Shown here piece after piece: positions 7,419 through 16,236 of a stretch of DNA of 32,000 nt. Position 1 is the first letter of the stretch, and the number at the start of each line of letters is the position of its first letter. The DNA is from an uncultured Chloroflexia bacterium (GTDB taxonomy: Bacteria > Chloroflexota > Anaerolineae > Anaerolineales > Anaerolineaceae), in NCBI GenBank assembly GCA_963704755.1, contig OY969938.1:1350001-1382000 (forward strand), in the 5' to 3' direction. The notes beneath the pieces are model-generated. The model was not told the DNA's origin. It made no database searches and saw nothing but the letters and a program-made list of their open reading frames with translations. Position numbers and translations under genes: made by a program.

Positions 7419-8384
7419 TTACATCTGCCGGTCATAATACCAACGAAATATTTTGTCGTATAAACCCAGCAGTGCCCTCTTGACCGGTGGGAAATCCAGA
7501 ATCGGGTGTTTGCCGGCATCGGCCTGGCGGGCGGGGGCTTGCCCGGCCTGGGCCGCCTGCACCCCGCGCAGGGTATTGGACATGTTCATGGCGTAGGGCT
7601 GGACGGGCATCAGCCGCAGCAGGCCGGCCCCGTTCATGCGCTGGTCGAGCTGCTTGACCTGGCCCATCGGGCGGTCCATGGCGAAGGGCAGAAATTGGGC
7701 CAGCACCTTCTTGTAAGCCAGAAACTGCCAGTGCGAACCGCCCGCCAGGGCCTGCAGGCCGCGGTAGGTCAGGCGCACATCCTGGCTGGTCTCATAATGC
7801 TGGCGAATTTCCTCGTCGGATTGGCCCAGGCTGAGGTCGAACTCCTCGAAGGTCTCCCAGGGGATGAACTGGCCCTGCTCGACCGCCACGTCGGGAGTCG
7901 TTTGGCCCCAGGCGAGGGTCTTGCTATAAAAATCCGGGTTGGTGCGGAAGGGCCGGGAGGTGACCATGCCCACGTTGGGGTAGGTTTCCAGCAAGACCAG
8001 GCTCTCTTTCAGCCAGCCGGGGTAGAACAGCACGTCGCTATCGGCGTAGGCGATGATCTCGCCCGGCGCGCCGCTCAGAATCATGTTCCAGGCGCCACCC
8101 TTACCCAGGTTCTTCTCCGAAAGCAGCAGGTATTGAATGCGCCCCTCGCGCTGTTCATTGAGCAGCCAGTCCTGCACTTCCGGGCAGCTGCCGTTGTCGA
8201 AGACCATCAGGTCGAACGGCTCGCCGGCCTCGGTGCGGGCGGATTGCAGGCAGGCCTTGAGCACGTCCAGCGTCTCGCTGTAGAACCCGCTCAAAAAGGG
8301 AATGTAATTCAAAACCGCCGCGGTGATCCGCTCGGGTCGGGCAACGTTTTTCACATACTTGGCCGGGTTTTGGCCTACGCGCAT
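7419..8384 (-). CDS. family-2 (GT-A fold) glycosyltransferase
   Basis: 321 aa. Has MVFDNGS and YADSDVLF (DxD-type) motifs. Strong GAGGAG RBS 6 nt upstream of the ATG. Confidence 0.8.
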   Translation of the reverse strand: MRVGQNPAKYVKNVARPERITAAVLNYIPFLSGFYSETLDVLKACLQSARTEAGEPFDLMVFDNGSCPEVQDWLLNEQREGRIQYLLLSEKNLGKGGAWNMILSGAPGEIIAYADSDVLFYPGWLKESLVLLETYPNVGMVTSRPFRTNPDFYSKTLAWGQTTPDVAVEQGQFIPWETFEEFDLSLGQSDEEIRQHYETSQDVRLTYRGLQALAGGSHWQFLAYKKVLAQFLPFAMDRPMGQVKQLDQRMNGAGLLRLMPVQPYAMNMSNTLRGVQAAQAGQAPARQADAGKHPILDFPPVKRALLGLYDKIFRWYYDRQM

Positions 8385-8416
8385 ACGAAACTCCTCAAGT
8401 TCATAATCGGAAAGAT

Positions 8417-8589
8417 ATCACCGCAGAGACGCAGAGGACGCTGAGAAGAAATTATATTAATTCTTCGAGGAATGGCGCCTTGTTCGGCACGGTTCCCTGG
8501 CCAAGGGCACTCTTCAGCGTTTGCCAAGAAGGTTTCACCGCAGAGACGCGGAGGGCGCTGAGAAGAATTTATATTAATTCTTCGAGGAA
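8417..8589 (+). repeat. two direct copies of a 55-bp repeat (8418..8472 and 8535..8589), each starting with a triple 8-mer (CGCAGAGA CGCAGAGG ACGCTGAG) and ending in an AT-rich palindrome (gaagaaattatattaattcttc)
   Basis: My hand alignment gives 52/55 identical positions. 8417..8437 is a perfect 21-bp inverted match to 9468..9488. Confidence 0.85.
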
Positions 8590-8715
8590 AGTCTTTTTCG
8601 GCAAAGTCTCTCGATCGAGGCCGATTTCCAATGCCTGAATGGAGAATTCTCAATGTAAATAGCAAGGGAACACGCAAAAGGAGCAGTGAACGAGGCGAAG
8701 ATGGCAAAACCTTTG

Positions 8716-9108
8716 TCATGACGCTTGCTCCTCGTAATTCAGGACAATTCGGCGCAACCCACGTTTCAGGACGGGCACATTGAAATTGATTAATAAAGCT
8801 GTTTTCCAACCGCCCAACTTTAAATAGGTGATCACCTGAGCCTCATGGATTGGCAACACAGTTTCAACACATTTCAATTCGACTACAACCAGATCTTCTA
8901 CCAAAAAATCCAACCGATAACCACAATTGAGGAGCCTGTCCTTGTAGTGAACAGGAAGCTCCATCTGTCTTCTAAAACTTAATCCTCTCAGGCCAAATTC
9001 ACAATCCAGGCATTCTTCATAGGCCGATTCCAATAAACCGGGGCCCAATACTTTATGAACCTCGATCGCAGCGCCTATAATTTTTTCAGTAACCTGGTTA
9101 ATTTCCAT
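8716..9108 (-). CDS. GxxExxY-family protein (PD-(D/E)XK nuclease-like fold)
   Basis: 130 aa. [13 protein letters not shown] contains the name-giving G-x2-E-x2-[14 protein letters not shown] is the D...E-x-K-like core. Visibly lower GC than the flanking biosynthetic genes. Confidence 0.85.
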   Translation of the reverse strand: MEINQVTEKIIGAAIEVHKVLGPGLLESAYEECLDCEFGLRGLSFRRQMELPVHYKDRLLNCGYRLDFLVEDLVVVELKCVETVLPIHEAQVITYLKLGGWKTALLINFNVPVLKRGLRRIVLNYEEQAS

Positions 9109-9197
9109 AATAGTGGCTCGTTGTATTCTCTGAACTTCTCTAACGGTCCTTCTCTAAATCTTTATTTACAATCTTTCTCTCTTCCTCTCTCCTAAAA

Positions 9198-9490
9198 CTC
9201 TTCTCTGCGCCCTCAGCGTCTCTGCGGTATTTTTCATTCCTAAATCCGCTTTTCTTCTCCGTGACCTCTGTGGCTTTTTATTCCAAAACCCATTCTTCTT
9301 CTCCGTGAACTCCGTGCCTCCGTGGTTTTCTATTCCAAAATCCTCTCTTCTTCTTTGTGCACTCTGTGGTTTTCTTTCTTTCTCTCTCTTTTCTTTTTTC
9401 TTAAATCCGTTTTTCTTCTCCGTGCACTCCGTGCCTCCGTGGTTATTTATTCCTAAATCCTTTGCGCCCTCTGCGTCTCTGCGGTGATTA
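9198..9490 (-). repeat. array of about six degenerate tandem units
   Basis: Read on the minus strand, each unit is GGATTT(A/T)GGAATAAA...CCAC(G/A)GAG(G)CACGGAG..CACGGAGAAGAA, or the CCGCAGAGACGC(A/T)GAGGGCGC variant. Units are at about 9198-9248, 9252-9291, 9293-9343, 9345-9400, 9413-9460 and 9461-9490. The outer units (9198..9229 and 9461..9490) are inverted copies of the 8418/8535 repeat. The last unit contains the TAA stop of the 9488..10399 gene. Confidence 0.8.
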
Positions 9491-10399
9491 TTTCTTCTTC
9501 AGCGCTTTGCGCAGTTCGGGCAGGCCTTTCCTGGGATGGAATACGGCATAAAAAAGCCACGCCAATCGAGAAGAGTGCAGGCGCACCAGCGGGAAGATCT
9601 CCACCTCGCGCCAGAAACGCCGCCAGGTCAGCGGCAGCCGGCGGATTTGGCCGCCCGCCAGACGGCAGGACACATCCGCCAGTTTGAAGATGGTCAATTT
9701 GCCGCCGCCCAGGCGCACGTTTTCGTCCGTCTCGGGCAGGCGATAATGGGGTTGGCCGTTCGGCAGGTGCGCATAATCGTGGTTCTGGTGGACCACCTGC
9801 ATGTCGGCGGTAGCGTCCACCACGGCCCAGCCGTTCCGGCGGGCAAAATAAATCATCCAGTTGTCCCAGCCGGCCCGCCCAACCGCCATGGGTGGCAGCG
9901 TAGCAAAGCAGGCGCGCGGGAAGATGAAGTAATCGCTGCCCCCGGCCGGGTGCAGCCGGCCGGCGTGAGCCAGGAAATCGCAAAGATGGGCATCCCAACC
10001 CTGCGAAAAATCGAGGTCCTCCTGCACGTCCAGGTCCCAGCGCTGGCCAACAACCAGGAATTTATCGAACCGCTCTGCCACACAGGCAGCCCCGCTGACA
10101 AAATCCGGCCGTAAAAGAATATCCGCGTTGACGTAGGCCAGCAGATCCCCGCTGCCTTGCCGGCGGGAGATATCGAAGATCGAGCTGATCAGCGGCGTGC
10201 CGTAACTGTTGCGGTCCACCTCTGCCACGTGTAAAACACCCAGGTCCCGCGCGGCTTGCTCGATACCGTCTTCGTTGCCGATCAGGATCACTTCAACCTG
10301 TGGTCCCAGGGCCTTCCACGAGCGGATGGCATTGCGCTGGATACGGGCAATATGCGCGTTGGTAAAGGGTTTCGGTGCAGTGAAAAGCGTCAGCAGCAT
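9488..10399 (-). CDS. putative GT-A-like glycosyltransferase (uncharacterised family)
   Basis: 303 aa. Coding quality is clear. The N-terminus FTAPKPFTNAHIARIQRNAIRSW and the acidic motif YVNADILL resemble a widespread unnamed glycosyltransferase-like family. The function is inferred from context. Confidence 0.5.
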   Translation of the reverse strand: MLLTLFTAPKPFTNAHIARIQRNAIRSWKALGPQVEVILIGNEDGIEQAARDLGVLHVAEVDRNSYGTPLISSIFDISRRQGSGDLLAYVNADILLRPDFVSGAACVAERFDKFLVVGQRWDLDVQEDLDFSQGWDAHLCDFLAHAGRLHPAGGSDYFIFPRACFATLPPMAVGRAGWDNWMIYFARRNGWAVVDATADMQVVHQNHDYAHLPNGQPHYRLPETDENVRLGGGKLTIFKLADVSCRLAGGQIRRLPLTWRRFWREVEIFPLVRLHSSRLAWLFYAVFHPRKGLPELRKALKKK

Positions 10400-10408
10400 C
10401 GAGGCACC

Positions 10409-12461
10409 TTAATTCCCGCAGGAAAGGTTGATTTTCAGCCAACCGTAGCGGTCGGCTTGGGCCGAATCGAGCGAACTCTCATCCAGCGAATCCTTCCAGA
10501 TCGAGCACAGGTACGGCTCTGCCCCGCGAACAGTCTTGCGGACTGTATCGGTCAAATCGTAGGCCTGGTCCCAATTCTGGGTATGGATATCCGCCTCGAT
10601 GAACGGGATCAGCTCGGTGCTGACATTGGTGCTGACCTGCGCCTTTTGGGCCTGGCTCCACAACTGGTTGACCGTATCCCACTGGCCAAACTGACGTGCC
10701 AGGTCCGCCTTCTGGTAATAGTAACACCAGCTATTCTGGTCCTGAACCGGGAAGAAAATTTTCTGGGCATAACCCGGATCGGGTGTATCTTTGATCAGCG
10801 ACATATCGGCCGCATCCAACGCAGTGCGCGTATCCTCATCGATCAGCGGGTTGAGCTTATCCTCCGGCGAAAGCACCCACAAGCAGGCGCCGGGTACCTC
10901 GCCATAGGAAATTACCAGGCTGCGGTTGCTGACACCCTGGAAAGAGTCTTGCCAGCGCACCTGAGTCACATCGACTCCGTTGGCCAGATCGTACATGTTG
11001 TTGGGAAAATACTTGCTCAAGGTCAGGAACCAGTAATCGAACTGGTTGGATTGTTTGGCCTGGTCGGATTGGGGGTAGAGCACATTTAAAGCAAATGAGG
11101 TGGGGTAAACCCCCATCTTGGAGAACAGTTCATTATCCGAAAGGATGAGCGTATCCGGCTCCAACTGGGGCACGCGCCAGCCCAATTGGGAATAGAAACG
11201 GGATTGGTTGATCCACGACCAGCGATAATCGCTCAAGTTGCGGGATTGGACCCCCACTGCCAGACCGATCAATACACTGATCACGATCAGCCGGGCTTTC
11301 TCGCTGCGCACCAGCCAATAGATCAGGGCCACAATCGCCAGGGCAGCCCCCGGCATGGATGCGATGCCAAAGCGGTCATTCCACAAGCCGCTGGTATCGC
11401 TGATGTGGCGGTCGACCAACCAGCCCGGCAGGAAACCCAGGACCATCCAGGCAACGCCAACCCAAAACGCCTGTATATACCAGGTGGAGGAAGAATTCTC
11501 TTCCCGTTCTACCGGCTGGGTAATGAACCGGCTAAAAAAGAACACCCCAATTGCCACCAGGATGAATAAGCCCAGGGCCAGAATCAGCGCCGGGGAAGTG
11601 AAATCGATCATCGAGGGATCGAAAGCACCCGACCAGGTATAAAAGACCATGTGAACCAGGTCGCGCAGGCTGGACTGGACCAGGCTTAAAATTCTTAACC
11701 GGCGATTGGGCCAGCAATTGGAATAACTTGACGTAATTCCGGTCCCGGCTGATGGGGAGTTGGATAAAGAACTCGCGCCAGACCACAAACGCCACCCAAA
11801 CGGCCAGGTAGGGCGCCCACATTTTGATCACATACAGGCGGCGCTTTTTGGGATCGGAGGAGACATTTTTGGAATACAACCACAGCAGGATGGGCCGGAA
11901 CAGCTCCAGGCCGACAAAGAACTCCTCCAGCACAAAACCAACCCCATTCAGAATCAATCCCAGCAGAGTCAGGGGGATGGCCCAGCGCGGTTTTTGAGTG
12001 GCCAGGATCATCAGGTAGAAAGTGGCCACGATGCACAGGAACGAGAACCAATGCGCACTGAAGGTGAGGGAAATGGGCTGCTGCATAAACTGGGGATAGA
12101 CCAGGAAGAGCAGGGCCGCCAGTGTGACCAGCACCCGCTGTTTGGGCCAGATCTGGTTGAACACCAGCCAGAAGAAAATAACGGTCAACACCCGGGCAGT
12201 GAAGGTGAAGATCTGCCAGGCCAGGGCGTTATAACCCAGGGTTGCGAAAAGCGGCAAATAAAACCAGCCGGAGAGCGGACGGGTATCGACTGCGTGGAAA
12301 AGGATCGTACCGGCGTTGCCATTGGCAGTCTGGAAGAAAAGATTGGGCCAATCATCCAGGTAAAAACCGATCTGGGGCAGGTATATCCCAAAAGTGACCA
12401 GGGCAACGGCCAGAATGGCCAGGACCGGCAGGAGTTTGCCTTTTCGCAATTTATTGATCAT
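10409..12461 (-). pseudogene. large polytopic membrane protein (GT-C-like glycosyltransferase, oligosaccharyltransferase or polymerase candidate) with a +1 frameshift near 11688..11696
   Basis: ORFs 11532..12461 and 10409..11788 overlap in different frames. The sensible sequence switches from ...KLFQLLAQSPVK (frame of 12461) to ILSLVQSSLRDLVHMVFYTW... (frame of 11788) at an A4/T4 run. Joined, the protein would be about 680 aa: more than 10 hydrophobic segments, an early FYLDDWPN loop and a soluble C-terminal domain of about 280 aa. Confidence 0.7.
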
Positions 12462-13237
12462 GGTTCTCAGCTCTTAAATCTACGTCAAACATGCTTTTAT
12501 GTCGCACGTCAGCATTGATTTCCTGTAACTCGGGGTGGGCCTGCCAGGCGGTCAATACATCCTGCCAGGAAAAATTGTGGCGCTCGGCCAATAAATCGAA
12601 CAATTTGCGCACAACCTGTAAATCCTGCTCGGTATCCACCGTCCAACGCAGGTCACCGTAATCCTGCTCGGCATCCACCACCACTACCTTTAAAGCGGCC
12701 CGGTTGATCGTACAGATAGGGCATCACGTGCTCGCGTTCGTGGGGCAGTTTAGCCTCGTTCCAGGCCCGCTCCAGGGCCGTAAAGCTGCACACTTCCACA
12801 TCCAGGCCAATGGGATAGGTGCGCTTATAAGGCGGCGGGAGGCGGTTCGCGGCGAAGTCCGCGCCCTGTTCGAAGAAGGCCCGCACCGTCCGGTCGATCA
12901 CGCCCGGGTCGATCAAGGGGCAGTCGGCGGTAATCCGCACGATCACGCTCGCATCGGCCAGGCTGGCCGCCTGGTAGAAGCGGTCGAGTACATCGAACTG
13001 GCTGCCGCGGTAGCACAGGTAGCCTTCCCGGCTGCAAGTCAACTCAATCGGGTCATCGGAAGGATCATCGCTGGTCGCCACGATCACCTCATTGATCGTC
13101 TCCGCGCTGGCCGTCCGGTCCATAACGTGGCACAACATCGGCCTCCCGGCGATCGGCTTAAGCACTTTACCGGGCAAACGGCTGGAATTCATCCTCCCCT
13201 GTATAATGGCAATCGCCTGTTGGTTACTTGCGTCCAT
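12451..13237 (-). pseudogene. SpsF-type cytidylyltransferase (CTP_transf_3-like), with a +1 frameshift near 12686..12695
   Basis: N-terminal IAIIQGRMNSSRLPGKVLKPIAGRPML is the SpsF signature. Frame 1 ends ...YLYDQPGRFK then nonsense. The next frame continues VVVVDAEQDYGDLRWTVDTEQDLQVVRKLF, the conserved family C-terminus. There is an extra G in the context tttaaaGgta. Confidence 0.8.
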
Positions 13238-13428
13238 TTCAATGCTTTCGTTGTTTCAATTTCAGGTTTACGAGCAGCTTTCTCTTTCAAAAGGAAGCTC
13301 GGGTTCCGTGCAATGTTGGCGGGAACGAATAGTGTTCTAACAATGCTGCCCAAAGGCAGGTGAAGTATACTCCCGCAAATCGCGAGAGCGGTTTTGCATA
13401 TCCGGGAGAAAAGTGGGAACTGCCATAG

Positions 13429-14541
13429 CTATTCCGGCCTGCCCTGCCGGGCAAGCTGGTAGGCTCGCAGCAGCTCCTGGAAATTCTTGTTCCAATCGGC
13501 CCGCTGTTCGGCTAACCGGCGTGATTGGCTGCCCAGGCCGGCCAACTGATTTCGCTGCTCATAGGCTCGCAAGATACCCTCGGTAACGGCCTGGTCGTCC
13601 CCATCCGGGAACATCCAGCCTTGTTCGGGTGTGACCCATTCGCGGTTTCCGGGGATATCTGTAACCAGCACCGGCAGGCCGCTGGCCAATGATTCCAGCA
13701 AGGAAACCGAGGTACCATCACTGTGAGAGGCGCTGGCGTACAGATCGGCCACGCGATACCAATCGGGCAATTCGGTCTGGGTGACCCTCCCGCCAAAATA
13801 GACCTGTTCCATCACCCCGGCCTGCAGCAAGATGCTGCGCAGTTCGGCGGTCTGCGAGCCGGCTCCCAGCAGCGCCAGGCGTAGCTGGGGCACCTGTTGA
13901 GCAGCGCGCACAAAGCCGCGCACCAGCACGTCCACCCCATAAATCGGTTCCCAGGAGCGCAGCGAGAGCACCACAAAGGCATCTTCCCAGCCGAGCCGTT
14001 CACGCAGGGTTTGGTTTTTTCCAGGCTTGAAGCGCTGCAGGTCCACGCCCCATGGGAAAAGTACCACTCTTTCGGATGGAAAGCCGAACTCGGCGGCCTT
14101 TTCCTGTTCGGCCCGGCAATCACCGACCAGGACCGCCGTCCGGTCGAGGGTGTAGCGGGTCGCCCGCTGCATCCAGGGCGATTGATCGGCCTCCTTGAGC
14201 AGGTCCGAGCCCCAGGTCATGGTCACCAGCGGCTGAAAGCCGCTGCGCGCGGCCAGGTAAGCGGCCGATTGGACCGGCCCGGCATGGATCAGGTCGGGCT
14301 GGATTTCACGGATCACCCGGCGCAGTTCTGCCAGCAAGTGCGGGTAATCGCGCGGTTCGGCCGGCTGCCGTCCGCCGGCCCAGGGCACCTGGGTAATCTC
14401 CGGCGGCAAAGGCCGGTCCTCCAACTGCACGCCGCGGCGTTCCAGGCGCAAAGCGTACACCTGGTGCGCAGTCCCGGCCAGCGCGCTCAGAAAGCGGTGG
14501 TCGTGGGGAGAGTAGTCGCGGGTGAAATACAAAAGTTTCAT
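13429..14541 (-). CDS. GT4-family (GT-B) glycosyltransferase
   Basis: 370 aa. The C-terminal SHSDGTSVSLLESLASGLPVLVTDIPGNREWV is the E-x7-E region typical of GT4 enzymes. Confidence 0.85.
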   Translation of the reverse strand: MKLLYFTRDYSPHDHRFLSALAGTAHQVYALRLERRGVQLEDRPLPPEITQVPWAGGRQPAEPRDYPHLLAELRRVIREIQPDLIHAGPVQSAAYLAARSGFQPLVTMTWGSDLLKEADQSPWMQRATRYTLDRTAVLVGDCRAEQEKAAEFGFPSERVVLFPWGVDLQRFKPGKNQTLRERLGWEDAFVVLSLRSWEPIYGVDVLVRGFVRAAQQVPQLRLALLGAGSQTAELRSILLQAGVMEQVYFGGRVTQTELPDWYRVADLYASASHSDGTSVSLLESLASGLPVLVTDIPGNREWVTPEQGWMFPDGDDQAVTEGILRAYEQRNQLAGLGSQSRRLAEQRADWNKNFQELLRAYQLARQGRPE

Positions 14542-14561
14542 GATTCTTACTGCGTGATAGA

Positions 14562-14596
14562 GTGATTCGGTGATTTAGTGTCTCGGTTGTTCAGTG
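14562..14596 (-). repeat. left arm of an imperfect 35-bp inverted repeat flanking the four-helix-bundle gene
   Basis: The reverse complement, cactgaacaaccgagacactaaatcaccgaatcac, matches 15100..15134 at 26/35 positions (hand alignment). Confidence 0.55.
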
Positions 14597-14673
14597 ATTC
14601 TCAGATGGCATTTTACATAAATTGGATCGGAATTCCAATTTGGCTCTTTGTAAACATACGCTGCGCCCCATGG

Positions 14674-15045
14674 CTATTTTGTACGTTGGTATTGTGAGCT
14701 TCTCAGTGAACCGATCATTGACTTGATAAGTTCAATCTTTTTATAAAGCGTATCAAATTTATTCTGATCGATATATCCGGCATCCAAAGCGACATAAAGT
14801 AAGGATTGAACTTCAGCGCCTGAGCGGTGGGCAATTCCAAGAAATTTCGCAAATTCAATCGGCGATTTACAATCAAAACCTTCTGCGATGTTGGCCATGA
14901 TTGACACTGAAGCTCTGCGAAGCTGGTCAGAAAGTCCATAGTCTTTACCAAGCGGCGGAACGGATGCCATTCGGTAAATTTCCTGTGTCAACAACCGTGC
15001 TTCTTGCCAACCCTTGATGTCTTCGAAACTGCGAATGAGCGGCAT
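14674..15045 (-). CDS. four-helix-bundle protein (23S rRNA intervening-sequence protein / Avd-like family)
   Basis: Has FEDIKGWQEARLLTQEIY, SDQLRRASVSIMANIAEG and GIAHRSGAEVQSLLYVA, characteristic of the family. I place the start at the ATG at 15045 (MPLIRSF), which has a GGGGAAG RBS, rather than the track start at 15096. Lower GC than its neighbours. Confidence 0.85.
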   Translation of the reverse strand: MPLIRSFEDIKGWQEARLLTQEIYRMASVPPLGKDYGLSDQLRRASVSIMANIAEGFDCKSPIEFAKFLGIAHRSGAEVQSLLYVALDAGYIDQNKFDTLYKKIELIKSMIGSLRSSQYQRTK

Positions 15046-15099
15046 GCAGGTCTTCCCCTTTGAACTCATCAAACTTCTGATGGATGAGAAGAACACTTA

Positions 15100-15134
15100 C
15101 ACTGAAAAACCGAAAAACTGTATCACTGGAAAAC
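15100..15134 (+). repeat. right arm of the inverted repeat flanking the four-helix-bundle gene
   Basis: cactgaaaaaccgaaaaactgtatcactggaaaac; see 14562..14596. Confidence 0.55.
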
Positions 15135-15139
15135 GATTT

Positions 15140-16216
15140 TTAAACCAAATCCGTCCAATACATTTCCTTTCCGGCCGGGATATCATGCGCGGCGGTAGTG
15201 CCGACCACACGGGAGATATCCGGAGGGAGGATGGCGCCGCGGACGGCCGGACGCAGCACGTTCAGCATCTCACGGGTGATCACGTCGCCGGCATGGATGT
15301 CCTGCCCGGCACGCAGGCAGCGCCGCTGCAAAACGACCGTTTCCTGCTCGTTGCCGGCCACGTCCTTGTCGGCTGAACCCAGGGCCAGCTCCAACTCGCG
15401 GCTGCGGGTGACCATCTCCGCCCAGGCGATTGGGTCCAGCGCGAAAGCGTGATCCGGGCCATCCCGCAGGTTGTCGTCGGTGAAGTGCTTTTCGATCACC
15501 CGCGCGCCCAGGCTGATTGCACCCAGCACGGCCGCATGGCCGGGGGTATGGTCCGAAAGACCTAACACCGTCTCCGGGAACATCATCTGATATGTCTTCA
15601 ACACGTTCAGGTTGACATACTTGAAGTTCTCCAGGCTGCCGGTGTAATTGGTATTGCACTGCATCAGCACCAGTTGCGGATTCCTGGCCAGGATGGTATG
15701 CGCGGCCTGCTGGACCTCGCCGATTGTGGCGGCGCCGGTGGCCAGCAGCACCGGTTTACCTTTAGCCGCAATCCGGTCGATGGCCTCCAGCCAATCGATT
15801 TCACCCGAGCCAATCTTATAGACCGGCATATACTCGTCCAGGAAATCGATAGCCTCGAAGTCATATGGGGCCGAAAAATAATCGATGCCGACCTTGTCAC
15901 AGGTCTCCTTCAGTTCATTGGTCCACTCGAAGGGAATCGAAGCGGCCTGGTAAACCTCATAGACCGATTTTTTCCACTGAGCCTGGTGGGACTGCTGCCC
16001 GCCCAGCGATTTGAACCCGTAATCGGAAACAATCTTGGGAGCGCTGAAGTTCTGGAATTTGGCAGCATCCGCACCGGCCTGTTTGGCCAGCTTGATCAAA
16101 TATTTGGCCCGCTCCAGGCTACCATCATGGTTTGCGGCGATATCCGCCACAAAATACACTGGGTGGTCTTCACCGACCAACCGATTGCCGATTTTGATTT
16201 CCATCTTACCCTCCAT
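15140..16216 (-). CDS. neuB: NeuB/PseI/LegI-family nonulosonic-acid synthase, full length with a C-terminal SAF domain
   Basis: 358 aa. Has VGEDHPVYFVADIAANHDGSLERAKYLIKLAKQAGADAAKFQNF, LSDHT and EKHFT motifs. The C-terminal approx. 60 aa (RRCLRAGQDIHAGDVITREMLNVLRP...) are SAF-like. An alternative start at 16204 has a GGAGG RBS. Confidence 0.9.
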   Translation of the reverse strand: MEGKMEIKIGNRLVGEDHPVYFVADIAANHDGSLERAKYLIKLAKQAGADAAKFQNFSAPKIVSDYGFKSLGGQQSHQAQWKKSVYEVYQAASIPFEWTNELKETCDKVGIDYFSAPYDFEAIDFLDEYMPVYKIGSGEIDWLEAIDRIAAKGKPVLLATGAATIGEVQQAAHTILARNPQLVLMQCNTNYTGSLENFKYVNLNVLKTYQMMFPETVLGLSDHTPGHAAVLGAISLGARVIEKHFTDDNLRDGPDHAFALDPIAWAEMVTRSRELELALGSADKDVAGNEQETVVLQRRCLRAGQDIHAGDVITREMLNVLRPAVRGAILPPDISRVVGTTAAHDIPAGKEMYWTDLV

Positions 16217-16236
16217 GCTCTCTCTAGGGTGGTCTA

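Noticed and set aside
8375-8809. 144-aa minus-strand ORF spanning the 55-bp repeats, and the 60-aa plus-strand ORF 9305..9487 (MNSVPPWFSIPKS...).
   Set aside because: Both are simply translations of the repeat arrays. The first also overlaps the 3' end of the GxxExxY gene out of frame. Neither has an RBS or family resemblance.
8417-9490. Possible CRISPR array.
   Set aside because: The units are degenerate and of unequal length, and they occur in both orientations. The segments between them are themselves repeated rather than unique. There are no cas genes in the window.
13238-13428. The 191-nt spacer between the GT4 and SpsF-like genes as a possible small RNA or riboswitch.
   Set aside because: It contains only short, weak palindromes (for example around tcgcga). 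I recognise no conserved riboswitch core and found no promoter or terminator pair.
14674-15045. Diversity-generating retroelement, because the four-helix-bundle family includes Avd. Also an rRNA intervening sequence, because of the family name.
   Set aside because: The window has no reverse transcriptase, no template/variable repeat pair and no rRNA sequence. The gene stands alone between inverted repeats.
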